A DNA stretch of 64,000 nt from Hydrolagus affinis (GCA_012026655.1 JAAILG010000303.1:1-64000), one strand, 5' to 3'; positions 12,201 through 28,400 are shown, counted from the stretch's first letter. The notes: generated from the letters alone by a model not told the origin. Numbers and translations: made by a program.

Positions 12201-15200
12201 GCAAGATATATACAGTTAATTCACTTTACAGTATATTCTCTGAAGCACTTTGTGATGTATCGAAAAGATGATAATGTACTATATTAAATGCAAGGATTAT
12301 TGTACTGCAATGAAAAGTGTTCTCCTTTAAACATTCTTCTAATCTCTGGCATTGCTAATGTAGAAGACTGGGACATGTTAGATGTTGATGAAGATGACAA
12401 GCTGACTGGAGAAGAGGAATTTGAGCTGTTGGCTGGACCTCTTGGTCTGAGTGAACGCAGAAGTGTACCTGAGCCTGTACAGTTTCCTGACAGTGATCCC
12501 CTGGGAGCATCTGTTGCAATGGTAACAGCAACCAACAGTATGGAAGAAACACTCATGCAAATAGGTTGGTTTAAAGAAAGTATACAGTGAAATACAAGTC
12601 AACATTATTGTGATCAATAGTTTTCATTATGAAAAATGTATTTTGCAAAATGCAATTTACAGTTTTAGCAAAGTTAATTAGCTAATAAATTTTACCTTTG
12701 AATGTCTGTTTGCCAATTAACTAGTATTGATTTTTAAACATTTTTCTATTTATTTTCTTAGTAGAAAGACAATTCTAGGTTTTAGGATTATTTGCATAAG
12801 CAAATAGTTAATTGCATAAGCAAATAGTCAATTGCAACTGGAACAAAGCCTTTCCACTAAAATTCATTGCTTGTGTTCACAATTTAAATTGCAATCTGAT
12901 ATCTTCCACTTTTTTGGCAACAGTAATGTAACTGCATTTCTATTTCATGTAAAGGGTGTCTGGGATCTGTTGATAAATCCTCATCTGGGAGAGTAACACT
13001 CGGAGAGCAAGCAGCTGCCCTGCTGAACCCACACGACCGAGTTATGGCCCTTAGGAGAGTGACTGCAGCAGCACAGGTCCTTCTTGCAAGGACCATGGTT
13101 ATGAGAGCTCTATCGTTGCTCTCTGTCAGGTAAGGAAACTTTTCTAATTTTTTTGGGGAAAAAATGTATTTCTGGGTAGGGTGCTGATTGGAGTAACTTT
13201 AAGCTCTGTTTATAACCTGCACCTCCAGATTTGAATATTATTAAACATGGTCTTGTATGAGAGTTTTCAACAGACCATGCAAAATCCACCAGTGTAATTC
13301 ATATTTGAATTTACATAGAAACAGGAATAGGTCATTCAACCCTTTGAGTCTGTTTCGCCATTCAATAACATCATGACTGATCTGTACCTCAAGTCCAATT
13401 ACCCTTGCCACGTATTCCTTAGTATCCTGACCTAACAAATTGCACTATAGTGGGTGCAAATCACACTGCTTCTAAATGTCTCAAATGGAATGGAAGTTGT
13501 CCCGTAACCATAGCATTGTGTCAAATAATGGTCTAGAATCTTAATATAAAATACTTTTAATTTGAATACTTAGAAATGATTTGAGGAATATATAAAATTG
13601 TTATAAAGTCTTTCTCTTCTCCCCAGGTTAGCATACATGTCAGTGGCTACTCTGCTTTGAAGTGAGCCAGTTTAAATTGTCTCTTAAGAAACTAATGTTT
13701 AAAAGATACTGGATTAAGAATTCAAACAAAAATTATAGATTGAGGAACTGCTTTAATCAATTTGGTCATGATTTTGGAGGATGTTTAGAAAATTCTGCTT
13801 GGTCTTGAGAGAAAATTTTGACTATTAGATCATCGGTTTCTGCTTTACTTTGTCATTTCCAGTGGTTCTAGCTGCAGTCTTGCAGCAGGTCTGGAATCTT
13901 TGGGACTGACTGATATCAAAACCCTGGTTCGGCTGATGTGTCTGGCTGCAGCAGGTAGAGCTGGTCTCTCCCCAAGGTCACCTTCCAATGCTTCAGATCG
14001 TCCTCGTGGGATTCATAGCAAAGTCAACAAGCCAATTTCCTGTTTGGCCTACTTGAGCACAGCGGTGGGCTGTTTAGCTTCCAATAGTCCAAGTGCAGCA
14101 AAGCTGCTTGTTCAGTTGTGCACACAGGTAAAATCTACAAAATGATACAGATATTATTGAAAGAGGTAGATTGTTCTGAATGCAGAAGTACGTTACCTTA
14201 CCCAGAATTAATGGAGAATCAGTTGTACCAATTGGTTTTATCCTCCAAGGAAATTTTTGAATACAGTATAACTGTATTTACGTAAATAAATTATAGATAG
14301 TATGCGGAGCCCTGTAGCTTAGTGGTTAGAGCACTGGGTTGATTCCTGGGCAGACAAAAGGACATTAGGCGAGTTTCCTTACTCTATATGCTTCTGTTTA
14401 CTTAGCAAGAAGTAGGAATCCGATTGTTAGTCGATCAGTGGATCGCTTTTCCGGGGTTAATAATCTCTTCAAAAAAGATTCTAAAAAGTGAATAAGTAAT
14501 AATAATTTGGTCACTCAATGCATGACTGTTTGTGGAACACTGCTGTGCACAATTGGCTACTACATTTCACCAATCAATTACCCTTACAGTATATTCTGTG
14601 AAGCACTTTGAGACATCTCAAAGACGTACTAAGGCATATATCAAATGCAAGGATTATTATTAATATCCCCAAAATAAATAATGAAGTAAGAAGCGTAATA
14701 CTTTATTTAAATAAATACTTGAACCATAGAAGATAGGCAAGAGGAAATATTTACCACTATATTTTCACTAGAAGTAAATTTAATGTACACATTAAAAAAT
14801 GTCCTGTATCCAACCACAGATTTATATCATTGTAGAGCAAAAACAATGTTTTTCTTCTTCTCAGAACTTGATATCAGCAGCAACTGGTATGAATTTAACT
14901 ACTGTAGATGATCCCATTCAGAGAAAATTTCTGCCCAGCTTCCTTCGAGGTATAGCAGAGGAAAATAAACTCGTGACCTCTCCAAATTTTGTCGTAACTC
15001 AAGCGTTGGTGGCACTGCTTGCTGACAAGGGTGCCAAACTGAGACCAACCTATGACAAGACTGAGATGGAAAAAAAAGGTTTGTCCTGTCTCACAACCTG
15101 TGATACTGAATCTAGTATGCTAAATATGATCAACTTTGATTAAACTTTTGTTCCAATCATTGAGAATCATGGTAGCAATATAACTGGGCTTCAAGAAAAG

Positions 15201-18200
15201 CTAATTGTAATGTTCCAGCTAGGACTCGCTGACTTAACATGTTCATGGATTCAAATGTACAACATTAAGCTCTTCTGATTCCTTTTTTTCATCAACGTTC
15301 TACTTTATAGTGTTAATATTAAAAAAAAGTTAATTGCAAAGTTGTTCCGTTAGTAACTTTATGATACCATTGTAAATATTTAGCTGTTTGTTTCTTTGTA
15401 GAAATATGAGTGCGATATGATATGCTTGTTGGTTTCTTGACAAACTCACTGGGATGGTCTCGTTGTTTTGTTTAAGCAGGTTTTATTGCCCATTTGTATG
15501 CCCATCCTTCCTATGATCCTTCTGCTGTAGGCCCTCTGGAACTGGCTAATGCCTTAGCAGCTTGCTGTCTCTCGTCTAGACTCTCTTCCCAACACAGACA
15601 GTGGGCTACCCAACAGCTTGTTCGAACACTTGCAGCACATGATCGTGATAACCAGAGCAAACCACAGACATATGCTGATATGCCTGGAGACCTGCGCATA
15701 TGTTCATTCATGAAGTTGGAAGCACATCAGAATAGGGTAAGATATTTTTAGTGACTTAAATATGAACTAGGTGCCTCAATTGGATGGATTTAATGTTTTC
15801 AACCTGTTCAGGAGCTGCATGAAACGACTGCATTTCGTGAATGGGGGAAAGAGTCAGATATTTCACATCTTCACCCACTTTAATGTGTCTTTGTGGTATA
15901 GTGGGATTTTGATGATCAATATGATGCATAGATCATGCATTTCTTCATTTAATGATATTTTAATCCCCCTCAACTTCTGCTATCAAGATTTTAAATATCT
16001 CTGGATTTCTTTTCCCATCAATTCATTTAACTAATTTGCAAACATCTTGGAAGAGGGGAATTGAGTATAGTTGTTTTGAATAACATTTGCAAGGTGGCTT
16101 ATGAATTGCCAGTTTTGAAGTACTTTCAATCAACATTTGCATACTACATCATTCACTGTCACTTTTTTTGTTTTGTTTTCTTCCCCCCCCCCCACCCCTC
16201 CCCTGCCCACCAAAAAATTGTCTATGAAGGTGATTACCTGTGAATGGTGTAATAAGAAAGGTCTCCTAGCGACTGGTGGCAATGATGGAACTGTTAGGGT
16301 GTGGAATGTCACTAAAAACAACTATACCTTGCAGCAAACATGCGTCTTCAACAAATCGTGAGTCACGTTTTATATGTTATGGTTTCTAGATTATATGCAG
16401 TTAATCTGGAAGTAATGGTTTGAATTTCCATCACTAAGTATTCTTTTTTTGATGCATAGAGAGGTCATTTCCGAAGAAATTATGGGTAACCTGGGATCCC
16501 CCAGTGAACTCAATTTGTCTCCTGTTTGTTGGAGTGTGAGTGGCAAATATGTGGCAGCAGCAATAGAAAAAGTGGTGAACATCTGGCAAGTCAACGGTAT
16601 AACTGACTTTTATTCAATCGGCTTACCATTAAATTAAGTTTATTTTCTTTCCGTGAAACAAGGGAATAGCTACTGGAAAATGAAATCTAATGTTTAAAAA
16701 AAAATTGCTATGTGTTTCTTTCATGTAATAGAATATTAGTCATTACTTTAAATGTCCAATGAATGTGTTGGTTAGTATTGTGGCAGAGGAATTGTATAAT
16801 GCATTTGTAAAATAGTATATTTATTGTTTGAAGGAGGCAAAGGACTTTTGGACTTGCAGCCACATTGGGTCTCAGCTCTAGCCTGGCCTGAAGAAGGTCC
16901 AGTAGCATGCTGGGCTGGTGATACCTTGGAAGTTCTACTTGTAGGACGCATGGATGGATCCCTGGGACTCATTGAAGTTGTAAATTCTTCAACCATGCAC
17001 AGAATTGAACTCGAGCACTGCTACAGAATGGATGGTAAGCAGCTTAGGTTATGGTGGGCAGATTTGATGATTTTAATTTCATTCATTCAATTCCATTTGT
17101 GATTTTTTTTCCAAGTGGGTTTAGATGGGCTTTTTTAAAATTTGGATTTATCTTTCTTGATATTTTTTGGGGGGATTTATGTGGTCATTATTAAACAAAA
17201 AATCTGATTTTTTTTTTTTGCTATTTCTAGTGGCTGTAATGGCCATTGCCTGGTATAGTGAAGACAAGCCATTTGCAGTTGGATACGCTGATGGAAAAAT
17301 GCTGATAGGGACGAAAGAACCTTTGGAAAAGGGAGCAGTTATAATTGATGCACATAAGGTAAGATTTGCTTAGATCTCCCAAGATTTGGAGACAAATGAA
17401 AATTTATAATGGCCACTACATGTTGTCCTTCTGGTTTTCATTTCATTCATGCTCTGTTCACTTTGTTTACTGCCACCTTATACCATTTTATTTTGTTTAC
17501 TGCCAGTGTCATGCTGTTTGTACTTTTTTTGTGTGTATTCACAGCTTTTAGAACCTGCTTATCTGTCCTCAGCAATACTTTTGATTACATACTAAAAGTG
17601 CAGAACAAGTACCAACAATTATCAATTAAAGCTTGCTTTATTTATACAACAGAATCTTTTCTTGGAATCAACAGTGTTTCAGTTTAATTGTGATTGTACT
17701 AGAATAACTATCAACTTTGCCCATTTGAAAATTTGAAGCTCATAAACATTTGAAATATATATAAAATATATATATTAAAATATCTAGGATTTTTTAACAT
17801 ACTGTTTCAGCTTTTTCACCTCTTTCATATTTTTTTCTTTTATAACTAGGAATGTATTACTTGCATGAAATGGGACCCATTAGGCTCGATGCTTATTTCC
17901 TCTGCCAAAGAAAACACTGTAAAAGTGTGGAGTTGTCTAGGCAGCAGCTGGCGTTGTCTTTACGCACTTTCTCATCCAGCAATGGTCAATGGTATTGTCT
18001 GGTGCAGACAACCAGGAAAAGGCTCCAAGTTGCGGCTTATGTTAGCCAGGTATGTGTAAAGGTTCACTTTTTCAAACTATTTATAAATGTATAAAAATGT
18101 GGAAGCCAAAAACTTATTTCAGAAAGTAGTTAAAGCTGCAGAGATACTTATGACTATTTACTTGATATAGGATGTCAAACAAAAGTTTTATCTTAAACTG

Positions 18201-19899
18201 CATATACTTATCAATCAGATGTAGGTGTATTTCATGCATGATTAGTTAATCTTAATCAATTTATATTCACATATACGGTTTTATAATAATCCTTACATTT
18301 GTTATTGTGTCTTTAACATCAGGAGGTCACTCATATCCTCCACAAGATATACTGTAAAGTGAAGTGACTATGTAAATGCAAACGCAGCAGCCATTTGCAC
18401 AGCAATCTTCCACAATCAACAGTGAAGTGAATGATCAATTTTAATTAGTGGAATATACATTGTATCTTTAATATGCAAAGTGTGATATTTACACAATATT
18501 TAAATTCCTTCTCTTTCTAGTGGTTGTCAGAATGGTTTGGTGTGTGTTTGGACTGTTCCGCAAGATATTTTCAGTGTAACACAGTCAAGTTCTAACAGTT
18601 CTGATGAATGGTGGGAGCAGGACTCCAAAAGCCAAGCAAAGGTAAGTTCTTATGTGTCTGCACTGATATTTTCCTGTATTTTCAAAGATTATTTTACAGT
18701 GTTTGCAGAAGAGATTTACTTGTAGTCTGTATTTCTCACCTTGTTTTCAAAAGTTTCCAAGCACTTTAAACTAAGAATACCAATTTTAGTAAGAACATTC
18801 TTTACTGTAGATTACTGTTCACTTATTTGTAGCATTTTAAGCATCAGAATAAGTTAAATTCAACTTATGTTTAAATTTAGATGGGCAATATTCTCTAATG
18901 CTCTGATATATGGAAATCATTTTTAAATTTTTTGCTCTTCTACTATTCTTAACTCCAGTAAGAATATTTCTACTGTAATACTTTTATTTCAAAGTTGGTT
19001 TTAATTATACTATCTTTTATAATGGAATGTGAAGGCTAGATATAAGAAAGCTGGGGAGGCTGTGTGCATTTATCAACTGAGGGGACACATCACTCCAGTG
19101 AGAACTGTGGCTTTCAGCCCTGATGGACTGGCCTTGGTGTCAGGAGGACATGGTGGACTAATGAACATCTGGTCTTTAAGGGTAAGAAAATTAAACACTG
19201 TACACTAGTTTGTTATTTTATTGTACTAAAATGATTTAAACATGTTCTGTGGCCTAAAATGAAATTACGATGTGCATTTTAGAAATGGCAATTACAGATA
19301 ACTGGCCTCGTATATGTCAATTTCCTTAATAAGGAAGCTGGGAGTGAGTAAATCATAGCAACTTGCTGGAACTTTGCTGCAAAGCAATCTGTTTACAGAG
19401 TTCTTCCAGAGTGAGTAACCTACACGTCAGTAATAGGTTACCAGAGGGACTCCCCAGTGGGCTCATTTATTGAGGAATTTCATAATTGCTTATTTAACAC
19501 TCTTGTTTTTTAATAAACGTGAAATTTCCTGAATGGTTTTCTCAAGTATTGTGACAATTATCACCATTGATGTCTTTTCACTCTGAATTTTGATGGGATT
19601 TCATAAATTGAAAATGTATAATGAGGCTTGACTGCTGATTACTATTTTCCTGACTTTATTGCTGCATTGAAATAACAATCTGTTCAAAGCCAGTGCCTAG
19701 CGATGATTTAAAAAATATATATATACTGTATATATTTTCTTGTTTCCACAACTCTCCACCTACCAAGGATGGCTCTCTGCTACAAAGTGTAGTGACTGGT
19801 TCTGGAGCAATTCAAAATACCATCTGGATCCCTGAAGTTGGTGTTGCAGCTTGTTCTAATAGGTCAAAGGTAAGGATTCAGATTGTGGTTGGAATGATT

Positions 19900-19931
<32 letters not shown>

Positions 19932-22900
19932 CTTACATTTATATAGAGTCTTTCACGTCGAGAGGATGGTCCCAATGATGGTGTTATATAGATTTTTTAA
20001 AAGAAAATTTACAACATATTTATAAGGTGTTCTTTTATTTTGTAGCAATATTCTAAGACACTGCCCCAACTTTTCTTTTCACAGCCATGTTGGTGCTATC
20101 ACTCAGCTTTGCTTCACTTCATTTCAGTTTCTTCAGGTCAAACTTTCCACAATGGTTCACGAAGGAAAGGGGAACTATAGTTTCTTCGTAGAACCAATCG
20201 ATGAATTAAAACTGTAATATTCGATCTATGAATCCTGCTATGATTTTTATGTACTTTTGTGAGCTCTTTCCACAGTAAATATCACACAGTAAATTCAATG
20301 TGATTTATAGAGTGAGCCTGAATTGTGAATAACTTTTAGTTAGTGTTGAGGTGAGCTGCTGTTGGGTAAACCTTTGCTTGGGGTCGCCCCATTAAAAGTA
20401 TGCAAATTTCCTTATTCATTTGTGGCATGTGATGAACCATGTCCTCTTAAATAAATTGCACAACTAATTGAATTGGATCTTTGTTCTTTTTTCTGAGGTG
20501 GCTTTTGTTTCCATTTAGGCCAGCAGGTGGCACCAAATTTTTTCCTCTCCAAAAACATTTCAAGTTTTTAAAACTGCTTTTCAGATTTGATGATGATCTA
20601 AACACAAAAACCTACCAGGCATATCCTTTGAATGACTGTTTTGGGGAAGTGCAAGGAAAGGAAAATAGAATAGATAGCTCCTGTCACGTGGCAAAGGCAC
20701 TACGGGTCTTATGTTCTACTTTGTTTAAGCAATACTGTAGCTGTTTTTATAGATCAGAATTGCAGCATCCCAGATACTGATTGTGGGTGTAGATCTGGAA
20801 TTTGAAAGCCAAGATTATCTTTCTTAAAGCTAAAATATACATGAGAAAGGCTACAATTACTGGGTGCAGTTTTGAATGTATTAGGAGTACAAAATTCATC
20901 ATCTGTATTTAAAACATAACCTGCAATAAAACCATGAATTCAACTTGGAATAAGTGAATGAAATAGCCATTGACCTGTTTCTAATGGAAAAGTTCTTAGC
21001 CTTAAATACATCTGAACTTAATTGGATCAAGTTTGTTTTATGCAGAGGATGAATGATGATGCAATCTATGTCACTAATGATTAGGCAGGATATTCATAAT
21101 TATCTTCACTGTTCGTTGAGCATCCCTTTTATTCTGTATGTGGGGGAAGTAACTGAAATAAATATATTTTTAATACAAAAGATATTGATTTGTGAATTGT
21201 GAGCTGGCTCCAGTATCAAAACAGATTTTTTTTCCCCATATTGTGCCATCTTTTGTCTTTGTAAGTCACTAAGGCATTAAATATAATAAATGAATTTCAT
21301 GACCATATGTCTTTAAGTGTTAATGCAGATTAGAAAAAAAATCATTGTACAGTAGTTAGCTTTTAATAAAGCTACTAAATTATTAAACGTTATTCCTGCT
21401 GCTTATGTTTTAAGTCATGGGTAAGCACTTTTAGTTAATGGCTGAAAACTGGTGGAGTGCGTTAGTTCAAATCCTCCTGTACATAGCACATCTTCAATCT
21501 TGATTTCTTTGATTGACTAGGATGTGTTGGTGGTGAATTGCACACCTGAATGGATATCTGCAAACCATGTCCTTGCGACATGCAGGACTTCACTGCGAAA
21601 GCAAGGAGTGGTTGGGCTAAACATGGCACCATGCATGAGAGCCTTCCTCGAAAGGCTGCCAGATATGCTGCAGGAGCAATATGCCTATGAAAAGGTAATT
21701 TCATATTTTGAAAACATGGATAGGCTAGAATTTGATCATTAGCTAAATGATATTTACAGGACTTTTTTTAAAATGCTTAAATTATTAAATGTCCCATTTC
21801 CACATCCCAAAATTAAGATATATGGGGGAAAAATTGGACATTTAAATTTTTTTTAATTTTTTTTTATATGAAGGTGATTTAGGTACAAGTGGAAATGCTG
21901 TGCTGAACATTTAAGTGTTTCTATGCATCTGTGATGTGCAGCAGTGTGTGTGTCTGCCTGTCCATGATTCTACCAGCATTCTTGTCAGTGACTGCACTTA
22001 GTTATAACATGGGACCCTGTAGACCCACAAGTGAATAAAAATAAATGGCCAACTCACAGGTCAGCAAGGTGTAAGAAGTGACCATGTTATAAGAAGTGAC
22101 ATGAACGCCAATTTGGCCAGAAATCAGCATTTTTTTAGTACAGAAAGCCATCCGGCTTTCAGTATGTTCAGGTGACCAGTGAAATCATGATTGCATGCAT
22201 TGACTGATGATCTTGCCCTATTCTAGGTGTTTTGTAATTTTATAGACCTCTTAACTAACATGTTACAATGGGGCTGTACTGTATTTAATATCAGATTGTT
22301 ACTAATTCACTGTATATTCATAATTGTGTGTATTGCATTTAGCCTCATGTCATCTGTGGAGATCAGCTTGTCCACAGCCCATACATGCAGTGCCTTGCTT
22401 CATTAGCGGTCGGCCTCCATCTGGATCAGCTCTTATGTAATCCATCAGCTCCACCTCATCACAGAAGTTTTGCCCCTGACCCTTCGAGTTGGAATGCCTC
22501 TGAGTGGTCCTGGCTGGAATGCTTTTCCACCACTATCAAGACAGCAGAAGCATTGGCTAAAGGAGCACCTTTCCCTCAATGCTTCAATATTCCAGACTTA
22601 GAACCTGTACCAGAGGAGGAACTTACACATGTGATGGTGAGATAAATTCACATTAATAATAATGCTAATAAAAATCCTTGCATTTAATAAAGAGCCTTAA
22701 CACATCTTTGAGACGCCTCAAAGAACTTCACAGAGTAATAATAATAATCTTTGCATTTGATATAGCGCTTTTCACGTCTTCTAGACATCTCAAAGCACTT
22801 CATAGAATATTACATTATGCATAAAGGGCTACAATCTTACCTGGTCTACCATGTTATGAGAGGGCATAAAATTGATTTCAAATTTGGTCCTTGACTGGCT

Positions 22901-25402
22901 AGATTTATTTAATTCTTTGCTGTTTGATGAAACTTAGCTCTTGAAAATCTCTGGAAAAGTAATTATTTCAAATCAAAGCAGCATTTTACACAGTTGCTAT
23001 AGTAGGAGGAATTTGATTTAACAAACAATGCCGTAGCAGAATACTGAGTATGTGTTAAAGTGAGGAGGACGAACATAACCATTATTCATCAAGTCTTGTA
23101 AAGTCTGACAGTAATATCGATTTTGAATTGGTAGAATGCATTGAAAAGAGTATTAATTCAAAGTGAAGGAGGTAATGCCAACTAAATTGTGATCTAATCT
23201 GTTGAATTTCCTGCAATTCAGCTGGTAAACTGAATTGTGTTGACAACAGGATCAGGGTTGGGTGGAATGATGGGTTCTAATAACCTCTTAATCTTGGTTC
23301 TAGAGAGGTTGGGGGGTAGGTTTTGATGTGCAGCAGTGTGTCTGTGGATCTGATAGTAATCCTCTGGCTGAAATCATGGTTTTGGTTTTCATTCTGGATC
23401 TGATAGATTTATTTCTTCAGATGAATATTTACTGCTTTTGGACTCTTTAAGCATCTCACCACTATTTTAGATAGAAAAGACTCATCATCTGAGAGATAGT
23501 CCCTCTTGCCCCTCTGTCTTTCTATTGCAGTCTTTCCAATCTGTGTCCCAGCCCTCTCTGTTTTTTTTTCCCCCTTTCACTCTCGATCACACCCTGGACC
23601 AAAGTAGAGCTAAATTAAATCTATACAGTTACTGTGGCTTATTGCTAAGTCACAATAATACTACACTGTATTCAGTGGATGCCATCTTGCAGACACTGTC
23701 CAATTCCAGTAAGGTTAGAAAAAAAGAGTTTCTCTAAATGGTAATTTTGCTATATACTGTACATTTTTGCAGAATTCTTATCTAAATTCCACTTTTTCTT
23801 GTTTATTATAGGACAATACCAAGTGGTTCACAGGAATGGATGAGCAAATCATGTCTTGGGCAACATGCAGACCAGAGGTAATTTAGTTTATTTGTTTTTA
23901 ATGAGTTTCATTAAAATTATAACTGCGTTTAGATATAATTGCTATTGTTATCACCATATCTGTTCAGGACTGGCACCTTGGAGGGAAATGTGATGTCTAC
24001 CTTTGGGGAGCAGGGCGCCATGGACAATTAGCAGAAGCTGGAAGAAATGTAATGGTACCAACACTCGTACCTTCATTTTCACAAGCTCAACAGGTATGAT
24101 AACTTAATTGAGTCCACTTTGAAGTTTATATTATTAGAATGAAACAAGTATTTTATTTAAGCCTATCTGAATTTATTACTAAAAGATACTTGTAAATAAA
24201 TCTTGTAACTGAATTTTATTTTGAACAAGATCTAAATCATCAGACATCTGCCTCTCCATAATTAATTGCATACCTTGAGCATTTGATTTCTTTGCCACTA
24301 ACGTGTTGTTTTGGAGTGAGGCCAACCTTTCAGTGCTGTAAATGTGTCCCATTCAGTTGTACAGAACCTTAAGAGAAAAGGATGTTTTTTTTACCTGCAA
24401 TTTTATCATATTGTTCAAAATAGAAAAAACGTGATTTTCCTCCCACACACAAATTTCGCCAAAACACGTTTTGTTTAATTTTGGAACAGTATTACAGCAC
24501 ATTAAAATTACACATAATCACCGTGATAACATGTTTAACTACTTGCAATTTAGAGGGTTTGGCAGAACGGTCTTTCATGACTCATCACAGCTTAGCTTAT
24601 AGCTGCTGGTGTTCCATCCTCCCCAGCAACACCTTTCCTTTGGCAATATTGCCTCTACTGTTGTGTTTTAGTCTTGTTTCTATGTTGGGCACGTCTTCCC
24701 AAAGAACATTTCAGTTTCATCCATGTTAGAAATACCGTACTTCACTGTAGTACAACTTCCATCAAATCAGCTATTTTCAGACCTCAAAACTAGTAAAAAA
24801 AAATTAGTTTTTCGAACATTGTTTCTTGTTTTTTGTTTCCTCACTGCTGCAAAGTTGCTAAACCTGAACTTATTTAAAAACAATATTCCTTGCAATGTTC
24901 GAAGTAGTTTCTAACATCTAATCAAAGATTAATTTTCTTTTTAGGTTATTTGTGGACAGAATTGCACTTTTGTCATTCAGGCCAATGGAACGGTGATGGC
25001 CTGTGGAGAAGGTAGCTACGGCAGGCTTGGACAAGGCAATTCAGATGATCTTCATGTGTTAACTGTCATTTCAGCACTGCAAGGTAAAATGACTTGGAAA
25101 TGCATCATACTTTATTGATCTCTAATAGATTATTTTTAAACTTAAATTTAAATCTAAACACATCCGTCTTGTGTCTATCATAGGTTTTGTGGTAACCCAG
25201 CTGGTGACATCCTGTGGATCTGATGGTCACTCTATGACTCTGACAGAAAGTGGGGAAGTCTTCAGCTGGGGTGATGGGGATTATGGAAAGCTGGGCCATG
25301 GAAACAGTGACAGGCAGCGCAGACCTCGACAGATAGAAGCCCTCCAAGGAGAGGAAATTGTTCAGGTGAGAGCAGAAATCATGCAATAAGAATTTGTATA
25401 TT

Positions 25403-25433
<31 letters not shown>

Positions 25434-28400
25434 TTGATGCAGTAATGAAGTGAGTGAAGTTTTATGCTATTCTCTGATAACCTGTATTTTGCTTCCTGAA
25501 TCAAACCATTTGTTTTATATCACTTTCTGTAACAGATGTCATGTGGCTTTAAGCATTCGGCAGTAGTCACTGCTGACGGGAAGCTGTTTACATTTGGAAA
25601 TGGTGACTACGGACGTTTGGGACTAGGCAACACATCTAATAAGAAATTGCCAGAAAGAGTGTCAGCATTGGAAGGCTATCAGGTTGGACAGGTATGAAAA
25701 GAAAATCCATTGAATATAGTTCAACAATCCACTGAGTAATGTCAGGCATTATAACCAAGACCTAATGCATTTAACTTACCAACTTTCCTTATCTTCTCAA
25801 TGTACACATATATTTTAACATTATCCCTCTACTGTTTTTCTAGACAAACTATTCTTAAACCAAACATGACTATAGTTCCATGTCCATACTTTCATTACTA
25901 TTAGAATTTTGTTCATTTCCACTGTATTAAAACACAAAAGTTATTTTTTTAGGTGGCATGTGGACTGAATCATACTTTAGCTATCTCAACTGATGGGATG
26001 ATGGTTTGGGCTTTTGGTGATGGAGATTATGGAAAGCTTGGTCTTGGAAACTCTACAGCAAAATCCTCTCCTCAAGTAAGCAAACCCTCAATCCTATTAA
26101 CTTTACATATTAGGAGTAGATCCTAAAAATGTTTAGCACTAGTCCTGAATTATTAAATGCATATAAAGATAATCTTATATAAAAAAAATACATGCACGAA
26201 TGACAGATTTTCAAGCACATAGTTGCTTCTGATTTTTTTTATAAAAACTTCCTTTTGCAGAAAGTGGATGTTTTGTGTGGCATTGGAACTAAAAAGGTCG
26301 CTTGTGGCACCCAGTTCTCTGTTGCCTTGACAAAAGATGGTCATGTGTACACTTTTGGGCAAGGTAAGATGATCAAAGGAAATTGCACTTTTAGAATGCC
26401 ACCAGTAAAACATTATAATACATTACAAACAATTCTAAAAACTATTACAATTTACAATTACAAAATGTTATATTTTACAACACTAAGCAATACGCAACTT
26501 ATGTGACCACGCTAATAATTATGAATTAATAAATTAAAGGGCGTGGACTTGATTTCCTCTCTACTTTTCATGGTGGTGCTCCTTTTCAGCTGCAAGCTAT
26601 GAAGCTGATATTGCAGAGGAGGATTTATTTATCCTATATTTGGGTATTCCAAGAATTTGCAAAATGTTATCCTTGCAGTACTTGGCTGAGAATTTGACTG
26701 GGAGCAACACCAATACAAATGCAGAGGCAGGACAGAAGCTACACAAGCAAGTGGATGAAAATCTTAGATCAATGATAATAGAAGTGGGAGTTCAGAATCA
26801 TAAAAAGAGAAATCTAGAATTGGTTCAGAATAATTCTTGAAGGTGTGGAATGAGTAGGAAAGAAATCTCTTGATGATTTTCAAAATTGTGACAGAGAATC
26901 AACTATTCTATACCAGTTTATTTTGGTTACTCAGTTAACAAAAGATCAACTGAAGTAGGAAATTCAAGAATGTCTTCATATGTATAGGTCACTCTGCATA
27001 TCATGGTCTGTATGAAAATAAAACAAATATAGAAGATAATCTGATGTATTCCATGTGCTGTAAAATGTCATTCGACAGACCGCTTAATCGGCTTGCCTGA
27101 GGGCCGAGCACGGAATCACAACAGACCTCAACAAGTACCTGCCCTGAATGGAATCTTCATTGAAGATATTGTTGTGGGTGCTGAGCACACTTTATCCCGT
27201 TCATCAGCAGGAGATGTGTATGGATGGGGCAGCAATTCAGAAGGACAGGTAGGAAAACCTCAATGTACTTTAACTTGCCCGTGATGCAGATCCAACTCAG
27301 TTGTTTGGCCCGGATTATGACCACAGTATTTACTATAGGACACGAGTACACTATCTCAAGGAAGTTGAATAAATCCTGTTTCAAGAGTAGCGGAGAATGT
27401 GTTAACGCTGCTTCAATTAACTTGTTACTTGTTTTTGCTTCATTTTTAGTTAGGACTAGGTCACACTAATCACGTAAGGGAGCCAACTCTCATCACAGCA
27501 CTGCAAGGAAAGAACATTCATCAGATTTCAGCTGGACGATGCCATAGTGTAGCATGGACAGCCCTTCCACTTCCTCCAAGAGCACCAGGTGAGCTGGTTA
27601 TAGTCTATCTTTCATAAAGTTTACCTTTATCATGACTTGTCAACCTTTTTTTTACTTTATGGATCTCTCTACAAAAAAGCTAAAACGATACATTTAAGAT
27701 TCAACTAAATGAATCTGATCCTGTCAAAAGTGTACTGAAATGCTAAACTACTAAACAAAATAGTGCTAAAGGAACCAGGTCACAACATGTTCCCTGTTTC
27801 AAGAATTGTTTTTAAGTAAATTCCTATCAAATTGAATATAAAAATATGCAGTGTGGGTATCACCATTTCTTGATTACTCCAAAGGTGCTTGTAATCACAT
27901 GGCCCACACAGCAGTTTTTCCGATGAGTACATTTAGCTTTCAAGACTTTATGGTATCGAAAAGGCATTCTCATTGCCTTTCTCTGCCATCTTTCTAATGA
28001 ACACTTGTGTGTCTTTTTGGTAGGTGTTTCAGTGCCACTGCAGCTCGGGTTGCCAGAATCTATCCCACCTCAGTACAGTTCACTGAAGGAAACAAACATT
28101 GAGACAATCCGGACTCGGCTACGCTTGCTGTACCATTTCTCAGACCTCATGTACTCTTCATGGAGGCTTCTTAACCTCAGTCCCAACAATCAGGTAAGCA
28201 TTTCTTGAATTTAAAGTTGAAATGTCAACTTGTCTTCTTCCATCCTTGTATTTGCACCCTATGGCTGCCCAAGACATCGATCTGTTTCGTCAGCTTTTAG
28301 CCACACCACTCTGCAATTGTTTTTTCTGCTTGGAGAGCAAGGGAAGCTCCTGTTATACACCTGTTAAAATGTAATTGCTGCTTTCCAGTGACCAGCTTGG

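Noticed and set aside
12791-12835. 20-bp tandem duplication (also a 26-bp one at 45891-45945)
   Set aside because: Two copies without spacers; ordinary slippage duplications, not CRISPR-like arrays.
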